From Eubacteriales bacterium (GTDB taxonomy: Bacteria > Bacillota > Clostridia > Oscillospirales > CAG-272), in assembly GCA_045651165.1 (NCBI GenBank), contig JAZRRX010000013.1:71319-135318 (forward strand): 64,000 nt of DNA. Reading direction: 5' to 3'. The notes beneath the pieces were generated by a model. It saw only the letters and a program-made list of their open reading frames with translations, was not told the origin of the DNA and searched no databases. The translations under genes were made by a program, and so were the position numbers. Shown here piece by piece: positions 19,665 through 29,745 of this stretch; the stretch's first letter is position 1; the number at the start of each line of letters is the position of its first letter.

Positions 19665-20603
19665 TTACGTCTTCTCCTTCGTCCAACCTTCACCGTGATT
19701 TTCATAGGCACGGCTGATAGTAAGAAATGCGCCGGGATCGGCATGATTAATTATATTAATAAGGTCAGAATACTCGCGCATACTGAACGAAACTATAAGC
19801 ATCTTTTTGGACTCTTTGGAATATGCACCAACGACATCAACTATGGTTGCCGTTCTATCAAGCTGCTTGATAATTCCTTTTGAAATAATCTCATATTCAT
19901 CAGATACAATTTGTGCAATATATGCTCCATCATTTCCAAGGAACACCTTATCAATCATCATAGCACAAATAAATGCAGAAACTATACCAAGCAACGAAAG
20001 TACCATATCATCAATAACGAAAATACCAAAAATTACTATGATAGCATCTATGGCAAAAATAATATGGGAACTTTTGATTCTTTTAAACATCTTTCCAAGC
20101 AATAGCGCCAAAACGTCAACACCACCTGTTGAACCACCACCCTTGAAAGCAATCGCACATCCAACACCCACACATGCACCACCAAGCGTTGCCGCCAAAA
20201 GCACAGAGATATCATGATAGGGAGAATTTTGAATAATAAAATATCCGTGCAACACATTCAATTCGGGATCAACAAGATATGAACACCAAACGTACATTAT
20301 TGGATAAAAAATAGTGGAAATCAAGGTCTTTGCGGCAAAGTTCTTTCCCAAGAATATCCATCCGAGAGCAAACAATCCCCATGTCAGCAAGGTAATATAA
20401 AAATCCTCACCAAACGATATTGCAAACACTTCCTCAAAAAAAACATCCAAAACAATGGCTATACCCGATACGCCACCTGTAACAAGCTCATAGGGTACAA
20501 GAAACACAGCAGTACCAAAAGCAAGTATGCCCGTCCCAACAATAACAAATAAGAAGTGTTTTATATACATCCATATATCAATTTTGGTTAATTTGATACC
20601 CAT
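19665..20603 (-). CDS. YitT family membrane protein (DUF2179 C-terminal domain)
   Basis: 5-6 TM with GGVSGIAI and GGSTGGVD motifs, plus a soluble C-terminal domain. Confidence 0.8.
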   Translation of the reverse strand: MGIKLTKIDIWMYIKHFLFVIVGTGILAFGTAVFLVPYELVTGGVSGIAIVLDVFFEEVFAISFGEDFYITLLTWGLFALGWIFLGKNFAAKTLISTIFYPIMYVWCSYLVDPELNVLHGYFIIQNSPYHDISVLLAATLGGACVGVGCAIAFKGGGSTGGVDVLALLLGKMFKRIKSSHIIFAIDAIIVIFGIFVIDDMVLSLLGIVSAFICAMMIDKVFLGNDGAYIAQIVSDEYEIISKGIIKQLDRTATIVDVVGAYSKESKKMLIVSFSMREYSDLINIINHADPGAFLTISRAYENHGEGWTKEKT

Positions 20604-20935
20604 AACATCCTCCTTTCAAAAAGGAAATAACATTTATATCATTAATATTATACACCAATTAATCAACTTTTTCAACAATCATTTATCTTTTTTATTATTT
20701 TATATAAAAAATATGTTATTTATATTAGCTATACATAAAAGTGATTGATTATTTGTGCATTGTGCTCAAATTTGGAGCTTTTTAACATTCTTATTAAAGC
20801 AAAACAACAAAATTGAGAAATTTTTGTCAAAGGTCTTGTATATTTTGCTAAAATGCGATAAAATAGATGTGTATGGGAACTTAACAAGTTCCAAACCATT
20901 ATTAAAAAATAATTTATTTTATGGAGGACATTAAA

Positions 20936-21961
20936 ATGTCAGTAAAAGTTGCTATTAACGGATTCGGACGTATCGGTCGTCTTGCATTCCGTCAGATGTT
21001 CGGCGCTGAAGGTTACGAAATCGTAGCTATTAACGACCTTACAAGCCCCAAAATGCTCGCTCACCTTCTCAAGTATGACACAGCTCAGGGTAACTACCTT
21101 GCACTTGGTCACACAGTTGAGTCCGATGACGAAGCAGGCACAATCACAGTTGACGGTAAAACACTTAAGATCTATGCTGAAAAGAACGCAGCTGACTGCC
21201 CTTGGGGTGAGCTCGGTGTTGACGTAGTTCTTGAATGCACAGGTTTCTACTGCTCAAAGGAAAAATCTCAGGCACACATCGATGCAGGTGCTAAGAAGGT
21301 TGTTATCTCTGCTCCCGCAGGTAACGATCTTAAGACAATCGTATTTGGTACAAACAACGAAACACTTACTTCTGATGACACAATCATCTCTGCTGCTTCT
21401 TGTACAACAAACTGCTTGGCTCCTATGGCTAAGGCTCTTAATGATTATGCTCCCATCCAGAGCGGTATCATGACAACAGTTCACGCATACACTGGTGACC
21501 AGATGATTCTTGACGGTCCTCACAGAAAGGGTGACCTTCGCCGTGCTCGAGCTGGCGCACAGAACATCGTTCCCAACTCTACAGGTGCTGCTAAGGCTAT
21601 CGGCCTTGTAATTCCTGAGCTCAACGGTAAGCTCATCGGTTCTGCACAGAGAGTTCCCACATGCACAGGTTCTACAACAATCCTTGTTGCAGTTGTTAAG
21701 GGTCAGAACATCACAAAGGACGGCATCAACGCTGCTATGAAGGCTGCTTCTAACGAATCCTTCGGTTACAACACAGACGAAATCGTTTCTTCCGACGTTA
21801 TCGGTATGAGATACGGTTCTCTCTTCGATGCAACACAGACAATGGTTGCTAAGATTGATGACGACACATATCAGGTACAGGTTGTTTCTTGGTACGACAA
21901 TGAAAACAGCTACACAAGCCAGATGGTTCGTACAATCAAGTACTTTGCTGAACTTGCTTAA
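20936..21961 (+). CDS. gap: type I glyceraldehyde-3-phosphate dehydrogenase
   Basis: NGFGRIGR, catalytic SCTTNCLAP and WYDNE. ATG at 20936 after GGAGG. Confidence 0.97.
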   Translation: MSVKVAINGFGRIGRLAFRQMFGAEGYEIVAINDLTSPKMLAHLLKYDTAQGNYLALGHTVESDDEAGTITVDGKTLKIYAEKNAADCPWGELGVDVVLECTGFYCSKEKSQAHIDAGAKKVVISAPAGNDLKTIVFGTNNETLTSDDTIISAASCTTNCLAPMAKALNDYAPIQSGIMTTVHAYTGDQMILDGPHRKGDLRRARAGAQNIVPNSTGAAKAIGLVIPELNGKLIGSAQRVPTCTGSTTILVAVVKGQNITKDGINAAMKAASNESFGYNTDEIVSSDVIGMRYGSLFDATQTMVAKIDDDTYQVQVVSWYDNENSYTSQMVRTIKYFAELA

Positions 21962-21974
21962 TTAAATTAAAAAT

Positions 21975-22007
21975 AAAAGCCATTGGAAAATTCCAATGGC
22001 TTTTTTA
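21975..22007. terminator. bidirectional intrinsic terminator
   Basis: AGCCATTGGAA-aa-TTCCAATGGCT with flanking A- and T-tracts. Confidence 0.85.
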
Positions 22008-22547
22008 TTATCTTAAAAACTTATAAATCTTTATTCTATCCCTAATTATCGCGAAATACAAGCTAATTAGCTTCGTGAGTGCTACATCGTACATAATAAA
22101 GGCAAGAATCCCCAGAATATATGTACCGACAAGCAACCAACCACCCTCAAATTCATCGGGGGTGAACAAACTAATCAACCAAAACATCGCAACAAGTGCC
22201 ACATTACCCGTAATGAGCTTTATAGTCCAGCGCAAAATTGCCGAATTAAATCGTTCAACGTGCGATTTGATGATGGGATAAAATCCCATAAAGCAAGTAT
22301 AGAATATTGCGGGCGTTTTTTGGGGCAAAAGCAAAAGTGAAAGAATTGAAGTTGCCAAATACGCAAACCAGGCATATTTATATCCCATTTCAATAACTAT
22401 TACTACCACCAAAAGTGAAACTATTGCGCTCATAGTAAGGTCAAGCACCTCAATCGCACATCCAAGATATAGAATAATCACAGAGAGCGCAACAAGTACG
22501 CCAGAGATGACTATTCTTTTATCAAAACTTTGTCTTCTTTTGGCCAT
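22008..22547 (-). CDS. hypothetical polytopic membrane protein (third gene of the DUF5685/J-domain operon)
   Basis: The ATG at 22547 starts 6 nt after the J-protein stop. About 5 TM. No recognisable family. Confidence 0.6.
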   Translation of the reverse strand: MAKRRQSFDKRIVISGVLVALSVIILYLGCAIEVLDLTMSAIVSLLVVVIVIEMGYKYAWFAYLATSILSLLLLPQKTPAIFYTCFMGFYPIIKSHVERFNSAILRWTIKLITGNVALVAMFWLISLFTPDEFEGGWLLVGTYILGILAFIMYDVALTKLISLYFAIIRDRIKIYKFLR

Positions 22548-22552
22548 ATTGC

Positions 22553-23167
22553 TTAACAACACGCGATAAGGTCGCCACCCATACATTCGCAACAGCAGTC
22601 AGCACAAATAAGAGATGTGCAACAGTCAAGGTCGCAACAACCATTTGACTGATATGTTCTATAAGAGCCGTGTTGCTGACTTCTTGAACGGAACATATTT
22701 CTTGCATTCTGATATTCAAAATTATTAGGGTCAATATTGCAAGCCATATCAAAATATCTCTGCGCATCTGCATAATATCCCTTTTTCACCATTACACAAG
22801 CATAGAGATAATGCCATTCAGCATTTCTTGTGCTTTGTGGTGTTGATATGAGCATCTGCTCTGCTTCAAAAATATTGCCTGAATTGATAAGCTGACGAAC
22901 CTTTGTATAGAATTCACCGTTGCTTGATGTGTTATTAGGGTTAAATCCACCACTATACTGATTGTTCTTCTGCGCACCATTTCTCATCTTTTGAATTTCA
23001 TCATAAGCAGAGTTAACCTCTTTCATCTTCTCGTTAGCGAGTTCTGCAAGGTCGCTATCTGCAAACTTATCGGGATGATACTTTTTAACAAGCGCGCGAT
23101 ATGCGTCTTTTATTTCTTCATCTGTAGCATTGGGTGATACTCCGAGTATCTGATATGGATCTTTCAT
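22553..23167 (-). CDS. J-domain protein with a C-terminal cysteine string
   Basis: N-terminal J domain (DPYQILGV...KKYHPDKF with HPD), a TPR-like middle, and the tail [28 protein letters not shown]. Confidence 0.85.
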   Translation of the reverse strand: MKDPYQILGVSPNATDEEIKDAYRALVKKYHPDKFADSDLAELANEKMKEVNSAYDEIQKMRNGAQKNNQYSGGFNPNNTSSNGEFYTKVRQLINSGNIFEAEQMLISTPQSTRNAEWHYLYACVMVKKGYYADAQRYFDMACNIDPNNFEYQNARNMFRSRSQQHGSYRTYQSNGCCDLDCCTSLICADCCCECMGGDLIACC

Positions 23168-24087
23168 TGTATTTCTCCTATATATGAATTAGTTTTTTTC
23201 TTCTTTTTATTTTCTTGTTTTTGTTCTTTTTTGTCCTTCTTTTTGCAAATTCTCTCAACACTCGCAGGCATTCCAAAGCACAAAATATTTTTAACTATTT
23301 CAGAGCGATTTTTGTCACCATCGTCGTCAAGTAATTCAAGCGCTGAAAATGCCAAAGCCAATTCCGCTTCAAGCATTTTAGAAATGGATAGAAAATCATC
23401 ATTGGTAAAATCCTTGCCCGAGTAAAGTTCAACAAATGGATTATAGCTTCCGCTTTTTCTATCGCTATCATAATCATCAAATGCGTCAACTATGTATATC
23501 CAACGACCTATTCTCTTGCCGATATTTAATGCTATCAATTTTTTGTCGCCCTCAAGTTCATATGCCAAAAGTTCTGCCATCATATCACCAAACACCTCTG
23601 CAGGTGCATCTATTGATGGCACCCTATCTTGCTCAATTTGAGAAATAAGCTCAAGTTTATTTGAGATTAATCCTGCGACTGACGGAATTTGGTCAAATGA
23701 TTTCATATCCATTTTAGAAAATAACGCTTGGCATATCTTGGCAACAAATTGCTTTGTTCCCTTTTCATCATTGACATTATCGGCAATCTTCTGAAAGGCA
23801 AGTTGCGCACCAACGCAAGCAGAATACTCCATCTGTGGATTCATTTTTACTGTTTCTATTTTCTTTATGGGATGTCTTACACATCTCTTTTTGACGAATT
23901 CAACCTTTGTTTCCGTAAGAATCTCTCTCAAGAGAACAAAAAATGTTACATCATAACTAAGAGTTACTCTTGACAAGCAACCCGTACATTTACCCATTGT
24001 GTGACAAAGTCCACAATACGTTGCCCTATAATAATCATATTCGCGAATGCGCAAAGAGGGCTTATCAACTATTACATAACCGAACAT
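23164..24087 (-). CDS. DUF5685-like protein (N-terminal CGLC..C..C motif)
   Basis: [37 protein letters not shown] start, as I recall for the DUF5685 family. Stop overlaps the J-domain gene start by 4 nt. Lys-rich C-terminal tail. Confidence 0.65.
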   Translation of the reverse strand: MFGYVIVDKPSLRIREYDYYRATYCGLCHTMGKCTGCLSRVTLSYDVTFFVLLREILTETKVEFVKKRCVRHPIKKIETVKMNPQMEYSACVGAQLAFQKIADNVNDEKGTKQFVAKICQALFSKMDMKSFDQIPSVAGLISNKLELISQIEQDRVPSIDAPAEVFGDMMAELLAYELEGDKKLIALNIGKRIGRWIYIVDAFDDYDSDRKSGSYNPFVELYSGKDFTNDDFLSISKMLEAELALAFSALELLDDDGDKNRSEIVKNILCFGMPASVERICKKKDKKEQKQENKKKKKTNSYIGEIQ

Positions 24088-24172
24088 ATAATTCCCTCCT
24101 TAAATAATTATTGACAACTATCTGTCCGTGTGTTAAAATATCCATAGAAATTAATCAAATGAGGTAATTACT

Positions 24173-24421
24173 ATGGCAAAAATTCAAAAATGGTCTATAG
24201 AGCTTGCAGGCGAAATGCACTCGGTAGAATACACTCCACGAAAACTCTTTTCAAAAGCAAAAATAAAGATAAACGACAAAACATACCCTATGCACTCCGC
24301 AAAACTTTGTGGAGCAAGTCAAGAGGTGTTTATGCTTGGTAGCGAAAGAGCGATAATTTCAATTGCAAAAAACAAAAAGGCAACTCTTTCGGTTGATAAC
24401 GAATTAATTAAAGAAATTTAA
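24173..24421 (+). CDS. hypothetical small protein
   Basis: 82-aa ORF with a GAGG-like RBS, followed by a terminator hairpin. No motif recognised. Confidence 0.45.
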   Translation: MAKIQKWSIELAGEMHSVEYTPRKLFSKAKIKINDKTYPMHSAKLCGASQEVFMLGSERAIISIAKNKKATLSVDNELIKEI

Positions 24422-24467
24422 TAATTGAATATTCTTTGAAGCTCCCTTATCAAAGGGGGCTTTTATT

Positions 24468-26078
24468 TTATTGAAAAGTTATTGTGGTAACGATTTGTCC
24501 ACCCGTTTGAGTGGTATTATAAGCAAATCCGTTTTCGTCGAGCCCTGATACATTTGCATTTTTATAAATTGTAACTGAATTACCAGGCTGAAATTCTACA
24601 GCAGAAAGAAGCATGCCGTTAAAGGTTTTTTCAGAAGCAAATGCGAAAAGAACGTTACCATTTTTATCGCAAACACTTATCACGTCACCCGCAACATATT
24701 CGCCGTTATTCTGTATAAGACTAATGCCCTGTGAAGCTCTTTCAAAGGTTTCGGGGGTTTCACTAAATCCAAGAGCAACCACAATACCACCTGTAATCAA
24801 AGAATCGGAGCCAAAGTCAAGCGCACCACTCTTTTCCTTGGAAGGTCCGTCAACAAAAAGCACACCGCCACTCATACTGAACGGTCCAACAACATCAATG
24901 CCGTCAGCCCCACTATGAATAACTATGTATCCGTCAGTTATTTCAATACCGCCGTTACCTTCAACAAAGGAATCTCCACCTGCACTCTGGTCATTACCAC
25001 CGGCAGAGTTCATGCCATCATCTGTTGCGTTTATTACGATATTACCACCACCGATTTTAATGCTTGTGGCTTCAATTCCCTCGTATGAATTCTTTATATT
25101 AATATTTCCACCTGTTATTGAAAGCTCGTTATTCGCGTGTATTCCGTCATCTCCACTTGAAATTGAGAAGTCACCGCCTGCGATTAATACGTTCATGTCG
25201 GAATGCACACTATCATCAATAGAATTGATAGTGAAGCTACCTCCCAAAATTTCAATACCTTTAGTGCTTTTAATTCCCTTTGATGAGCCAAGAGGATCTG
25301 TAGATGTGGTTTTGATATTAAATGTACCACCCTCAATAGTAACCTTCTTGTGCGCTTGAATAGCATCATTTCCAGATGTTATGTTAAGTGTTCCACTTTG
25401 AACAGTTATATATCCCTTTGTTACATCGGTTATATTGTCAGAGCGAAGTCCATCAGTACCAGCATTAATATTGATATTAGCATTTGCAATCTCAATGTAA
25501 TCTTTGCCACATATAGCAGCTGATTTTGAGTTTACGTTTATTTTTCCACTTTCAATTTTAAGTCCGTCCTTACTGACAATACCGTGTGCATTGTTACCAT
25601 TAACGGTGAGTGTTCCATCTCCGTTAAACACAATATTGGATTTTGCAAATATAGCACCGTCAACTTTGGAAGTTATGTCAACAATCTCATAGAAATTTCC
25701 ATCTGTTAATACGTTATTTGTACCGTCAGCAAGTGTAAATGTCACTTTTTTAGCGTTTTTGATATAAATCGCAGGACCTTCAGTATTTGTTAAATCAAGT
25801 TCTTTAAGAATAAGTGTTATCTCGGCTTTTGAAGCATCAATAATAATTGAACCATCGGATGTACTACCCGAAAGAACGTATGTACCCTGCGCAGTAATGC
25901 GAACATCAGCGCCCAAAACCGAAGCACCAAATCCTTTAGCACTTGCACTATTTTCAGAAAATGTTATTTGAGTAGCATTGTCGTAGTTTTCGTTAGCAAC
26001 GGGCTTTTCACCGCAAGAACATAGCAACAAGGATAAAATAAGGCAAACGGCAATAAATAATAAATTTCTAAATTTCAT
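24468..26078 (-). CDS. secreted beta-helix lipoprotein, Cthe_2159-like carbohydrate/polyanion-binding family
   Basis: Lipobox LLCSCG. Many repeats of the G..I.I.GG.(F/I).I....DGI type, typical of right-handed parallel beta-helices. Start overlaps the upstream stop (TAATG). Confidence 0.7.
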   Translation of the reverse strand: MKFRNLLFIAVCLILSLLLCSCGEKPVANENYDNATQITFSENSASAKGFGASVLGADVRITAQGTYVLSGSTSDGSIIIDASKAEITLILKELDLTNTEGPAIYIKNAKKVTFTLADGTNNVLTDGNFYEIVDITSKVDGAIFAKSNIVFNGDGTLTVNGNNAHGIVSKDGLKIESGKINVNSKSAAICGKDYIEIANANININAGTDGLRSDNITDVTKGYITVQSGTLNITSGNDAIQAHKKVTIEGGTFNIKTTSTDPLGSSKGIKSTKGIEILGGSFTINSIDDSVHSDMNVLIAGGDFSISSGDDGIHANNELSITGGNINIKNSYEGIEATSIKIGGGNIVINATDDGMNSAGGNDQSAGGDSFVEGNGGIEITDGYIVIHSGADGIDVVGPFSMSGGVLFVDGPSKEKSGALDFGSDSLITGGIVVALGFSETPETFERASQGISLIQNNGEYVAGDVISVCDKNGNVLFAFASEKTFNGMLLSAVEFQPGNSVTIYKNANVSGLDENGFAYNTTQTGGQIVTTITFQ

Positions 26079-26755
26079 TATAATTCCTCTGCATTTCCTT
26101 CAATCTTGAAAAGAGCTATTTCAAGATTACCGTTGCGAACACGAAGCTCGTCTATAAAATCACGAATATCTCCATCGTTCTTCATTTCAATTCTATATGT
26201 AAGCTTGTAAAGGCTGCCCATATTTGCGCTCTTTACAGAAAGAAGCTCGTTTTTAGATGTATATTTTTCAAAAATATCATCAAAAACGCCAACAAAGTTA
26301 ATATTTTCAGGAATTGTAACACGAAGCTCCTGCGCCTTATCACTTCTAATCTTGATGTTTGAAAGAAGCAAGAAAAATGCGCAAGAAACCAACGTAAATA
26401 GAACCGCAATTCCAATATATCCCGCAGCACATGCAAGACCTGCAGTCATTGCAACGAATATTGAAATAATATCTCTTGCCTTTGCAGGAAGTGAACGGAA
26501 TCTAACAAGCGAGAATGCGCCTGCAACCGCAACACCCATACCAACACTACCATTAACCATAAGCATAACTGTTTGTACCGCGAATGGCAAAAGCACCAAG
26601 GTTACACGAAAGCTCTTTGTAACGTGTGAACGGAATGAGCTAACAAGTGCAACTAATGCACCGCACAAGAGTGCAATTCCCGCGCTTATAAGATATGCTG
26701 AAACTTGAATATTAGCAGAAAATCCTTCAAGAAAAATATTATCAAAAATATTCAT
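26078..26755 (-). CDS. DUF4956-like membrane protein
   Basis: About 5 TM followed by an ~85-aa soluble C-terminal domain. Lies 3 nt downstream of the VTC-like gene. Confidence 0.65.
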   Translation of the reverse strand: MNIFDNIFLEGFSANIQVSAYLISAGIALLCGALVALVSSFRSHVTKSFRVTLVLLPFAVQTVMLMVNGSVGMGVAVAGAFSLVRFRSLPAKARDIISIFVAMTAGLACAAGYIGIAVLFTLVSCAFFLLLSNIKIRSDKAQELRVTIPENINFVGVFDDIFEKYTSKNELLSVKSANMGSLYKLTYRIEMKNDGDIRDFIDELRVRNGNLEIALFKIEGNAEEL

Positions 26756-26758
26756 TGT

Positions 26759-27457
26759 TTATTCCCTCTCTTTTTTCATAATGTCAAAGTATGCATGCGC
26801 GTATTTCGAAAAAGACCTTGGATATATCTTGCACTCTGAAAGCGCATTTGCAAGCCACATCGGCATAGCTCCCGGAGTTTTAATTTCAAGAATATATTCA
26901 TCATAATCTATAATTCGAGTGCCATCGTTAATATTATCTTGCGTTGGAAATCCAAATCTATAACGCAAATTTTGGTCAAATGTTAATCTAACATCTACAT
27001 TTTCTTCGGCAAAAAACGCTTCTCTTTCACAAAGAATACAAACATTAGGCTTCGGCTGACGATAGAATTTCATAAGATAATCTATCTCACGCATTATTTG
27101 TGAGCCAAACGGCATTTCTCCACTTTCAATATAAGTGGCAGCTTCCTCGGGCGTCATTGAAACTCTGCGCTTATAAACAACGCGCTTATATTTCTTTTTA
27201 ATTTCAAAATAAAGTGTTTTCTCTGCCTCTGGTACACCATAACTTCTTAATCTCAACTTTTCCTTATATGAGATAGCATCAATAGAGTTACGAATTAACA
27301 AAAAATCCGGAGTATCGAGATAGAGTGAACAAAGCGTATTTTTTCCATGTATATCGGGAACGAGCTTATTTTTAATAATGGACATCAACTTTTCATACTC
27401 GTTTTTGTTCAAAAGATACTTTTTCTCATATCTTTTGAATATCATAATATCCGACAT
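26759..27457 (-). CDS. VTC-domain (CYTH-like triphosphate tunnel, polyphosphate polymerase-like) protein
   Basis: ATG at 27457 after GGAGG. The N-terminus MIFKRYEKKYLL matches the R-x-E-x-K-Y start of VTC/CYTH-like tunnel domains. About 230 aa. Confidence 0.7.
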   Translation of the reverse strand: MSDIMIFKRYEKKYLLNKNEYEKLMSIIKNKLVPDIHGKNTLCSLYLDTPDFLLIRNSIDAISYKEKLRLRSYGVPEAEKTLYFEIKKKYKRVVYKRRVSMTPEEAATYIESGEMPFGSQIMREIDYLMKFYRQPKPNVCILCEREAFFAEENVDVRLTFDQNLRYRFGFPTQDNINDGTRIIDYDEYILEIKTPGAMPMWLANALSECKIYPRSFSKYAHAYFDIMKKERE

Positions 27458-27487
27458 GTTGTTCCCTCCATCTCTCAATATTGTATT

Positions 27488-27516
27488 ATTATAACATATT
27501 TACATAACATTGTAAA
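27488..27516 (-). promoter_or_regulatory. sigma-A type promoter of the VTC-like operon
   Basis: Read on the minus strand: TTTACA, 17 nt, TATAAT. The -35 lies inside a 7-bp-arm palindrome ATTTACA-n6-TGTAAAT (27498-27517). Confidence 0.55.
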
Positions 27517-27627
27517 TCTTTAAACTTAAAAAAACCTAAAAAATAATGAATTTTTGCACTAAAATGGCTACATAATTGATATTTTGTGTCATTTTGAGTG
27601 TTTTTTTGTTTTTTCATCTAAAACATC

Positions 27628-27656
27628 TTGTTTAATTTGAAAATATGTACTATAAT
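27628..27656 (+). promoter_or_regulatory. sigma-A type promoter of the two-component system
   Basis: TTGTTT (27628-27633), 17 nt, TATAAT (27651-27656). Confidence 0.5.
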
Positions 27657-27693
27657 ATAGTCGTAATTTATTATTCTCGAAAAGGAGATAGCC

Positions 27694-28374
27694 ATGAATA
27701 TTCTTATAGTTGAAGATGAAAAGCGATTAGCAGACGCGCTTTCACACATTCTTCTTGAAAATAAATATATGGTTGACGTGGTCTATGACGGTGCTGATGG
27801 TTTAGCATACGGAGAAAGTGGAATATATGATTGCATTATACTCGATATAATGCTCCCGTCAATGAACGGATTTGACGTGTGTCTTGAACTTCGCAAAAAA
27901 AGAATTACTACACCCGTTCTTATGCTTACCGCCAAGGATACAGTTTATGACAAAGTTCGTGGTCTTGACGCAGGCGCTGATGACTATATGACAAAGCCCT
28001 TCTCTCCCGAAGAGCTTATGGCTCGATTGAGAGTGCTTACAAGACGCCGTGGCGAAGTTATACTTGATGAAATGAAATATAACGATATAACACTCCACCT
28101 CGATCAATCAAAATTATCTTGTTCTAAAAGTAGCAAAAGCATTCACCTAAATTTCAAGGAATGTGAGCTTCTTAAAATGTTTATGTCAAAGCCAGAGATA
28201 ATCATATCAAAGCAAGATATCATAACAAGAATATGGGGATATGATTCAGATGCTGGTGACAACAATGTGGAAGCTTACGTATCGTTTATTAGAAAAAAAC
28301 TCGTTTTTGTTGAATCAGAGCTTCAGATTTTATCAATCAAAAAACTCGGTTACAAATTAACTGCAAGGATATAA
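27694..28374 (+). CDS. OmpR-family response regulator
   Basis: Receiver domain (ILIVEDE, ILDIMLP, LMLTAKD) and a winged-helix C-terminal domain. Confidence 0.92.
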   Translation: MNILIVEDEKRLADALSHILLENKYMVDVVYDGADGLAYGESGIYDCIILDIMLPSMNGFDVCLELRKKRITTPVLMLTAKDTVYDKVRGLDAGADDYMTKPFSPEELMARLRVLTRRRGEVILDEMKYNDITLHLDQSKLSCSKSSKSIHLNFKECELLKMFMSKPEIIISKQDIITRIWGYDSDAGDNNVEAYVSFIRKKLVFVESELQILSIKKLGYKLTARI

Positions 28375-28377
28375 AAT

Positions 28378-29598
28378 ATGTTAAAAAAATTAAAAATTCG
28401 ATTAATTCTTCACAATATGCTAATGTTGGCATTTGTATTTACAATTTTGTTTGCTGCATTTTCGGTCTTTATCTATGTTAGAGAAGAAACTAAAATAACA
28501 AACACACTAAAAGAAAACATTAATGAAGCTAAAGATAATTTTTCAAGTTCACACGATAATATCTCTCACGCGACAAGTCAACTCTATAATGTTTCATTTA
28601 CTGTTTTAGTTAACGAAAATGGCGATATTATTAATTTCACTGAAACAAGCCTTGATGATGAATCAATTAAATCTGCTATTAAGTTCGCTTTAGAATCCGA
28701 AGCCGAACGTGGAAATTATAAAGATTTAAAAATAAGTTTTTTGCGCCAATCATCCGGTAATGGATTTATTATTTCATTCCTCTCGCGTGAGCATCTTAAC
28801 GAGCGCCTTAAAGAAAATATTTCTCATGGTGCGTGTGCAGGATTAATTTCTCTGCTTGTTTTTGGAGCTATTAGTATTCGTTTGGCAAGCATGGCGTTAG
28901 CTCCCGTTGAAAAAGCGTGGGAACAGCAAAAACAATTTTTAGCAGATGCATCCCACGACCTCAAAACTCCCTTGACTGTAATTTTAGCGAACAATAATAT
29001 AGTAGCATCTCATAGGGATCAAACGGTCGAGTCGCAGATGAAGTGGATTGAAAGTACAAACGAAGAAGCAGGACGAATGACAGAGCTTGTCAACAAAATG
29101 CTCGAGCTTGCCAAAAGTGAAGCTGCAAAAGATGAGCTTAGAATAGGTGAAGTCGATCTTAGTGAATTGGTTGAAAACTCAATTTTACAATTTGAGGTCG
29201 TAGCTTTCGAAAAAAATATATCCATTGAAAGTGGCATTCAACCAAATATGTTTGCAAGAACTCACGGTCCAACATTTTCAAAGGTTTTAGAGATACTGTT
29301 TGATAATGCAATAAAATATAGTGAAGAAAACGGTAAAATCAGTATCGCACTCTATCAATCGGGTAAAAAGATATACTTTACGATAAACAATCGCGGTGAA
29401 TATATCAAGCCGGATGAAATACCCCATGTGTTTGAACGTTTTTATCGTACAAATAAAGAGCGCAATATTAAAGGCCACGGTCTTGGTTTGTCAATCGCAA
29501 AGAAAAAATGTGATATGCTCGGTTGCAAACTCACGGTTGAATCAAATGAAGATGACGGAACAACCTTCACAATAGTACTCAAAGCAAGAAAGAAATAA
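28378..29598 (+). CDS. sensor histidine kinase
   Basis: Two TM flanking a ~110-aa extracytoplasmic segment. H-box ADASHDLKTPLT. HATPase N and G boxes (DNAIKYS, GHGLGLSI). Confidence 0.92.
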   Translation: MLKKLKIRLILHNMLMLAFVFTILFAAFSVFIYVREETKITNTLKENINEAKDNFSSSHDNISHATSQLYNVSFTVLVNENGDIINFTETSLDDESIKSAIKFALESEAERGNYKDLKISFLRQSSGNGFIISFLSREHLNERLKENISHGACAGLISLLVFGAISIRLASMALAPVEKAWEQQKQFLADASHDLKTPLTVILANNNIVASHRDQTVESQMKWIESTNEEAGRMTELVNKMLELAKSEAAKDELRIGEVDLSELVENSILQFEVVAFEKNISIESGIQPNMFARTHGPTFSKVLEILFDNAIKYSEENGKISIALYQSGKKIYFTINNRGEYIKPDEIPHVFERFYRTNKERNIKGHGLGLSIAKKKCDMLGCKLTVESNEDDGTTFTIVLKARKK

Positions 29599-29607
29599 AT
29601 ATAAATA

Positions 29608-29648
29608 AAAAATCGAGGTGCTACCGTGTGGTGTAGCACCTCTTTTAT
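29608..29648 (+). terminator. intrinsic terminator after the histidine kinase
   Basis: GAGGTGCTAC-cgtgtggt-GTAGCACCTC followed by TTTT. Confidence 0.8.
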
Positions 29649-29745
29649 ACTCAATCGGCTTTGCCGAATAACTCTCAGGTTGGTTTTATGATAAAATCTA
29701 TATAAAAACAACACAAACAGTTGTTGAGAATGTGGTTGCAATCGC

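Noticed and set aside
24613-25359. Plus-strand ORFs (101 aa and 144 aa), Pro/Ser-rich
   Set aside because: They are antisense to the beta-helix lipoprotein gene. The repetitive composition mirrors the Gly/Asp/Ile repeats on the coding strand.
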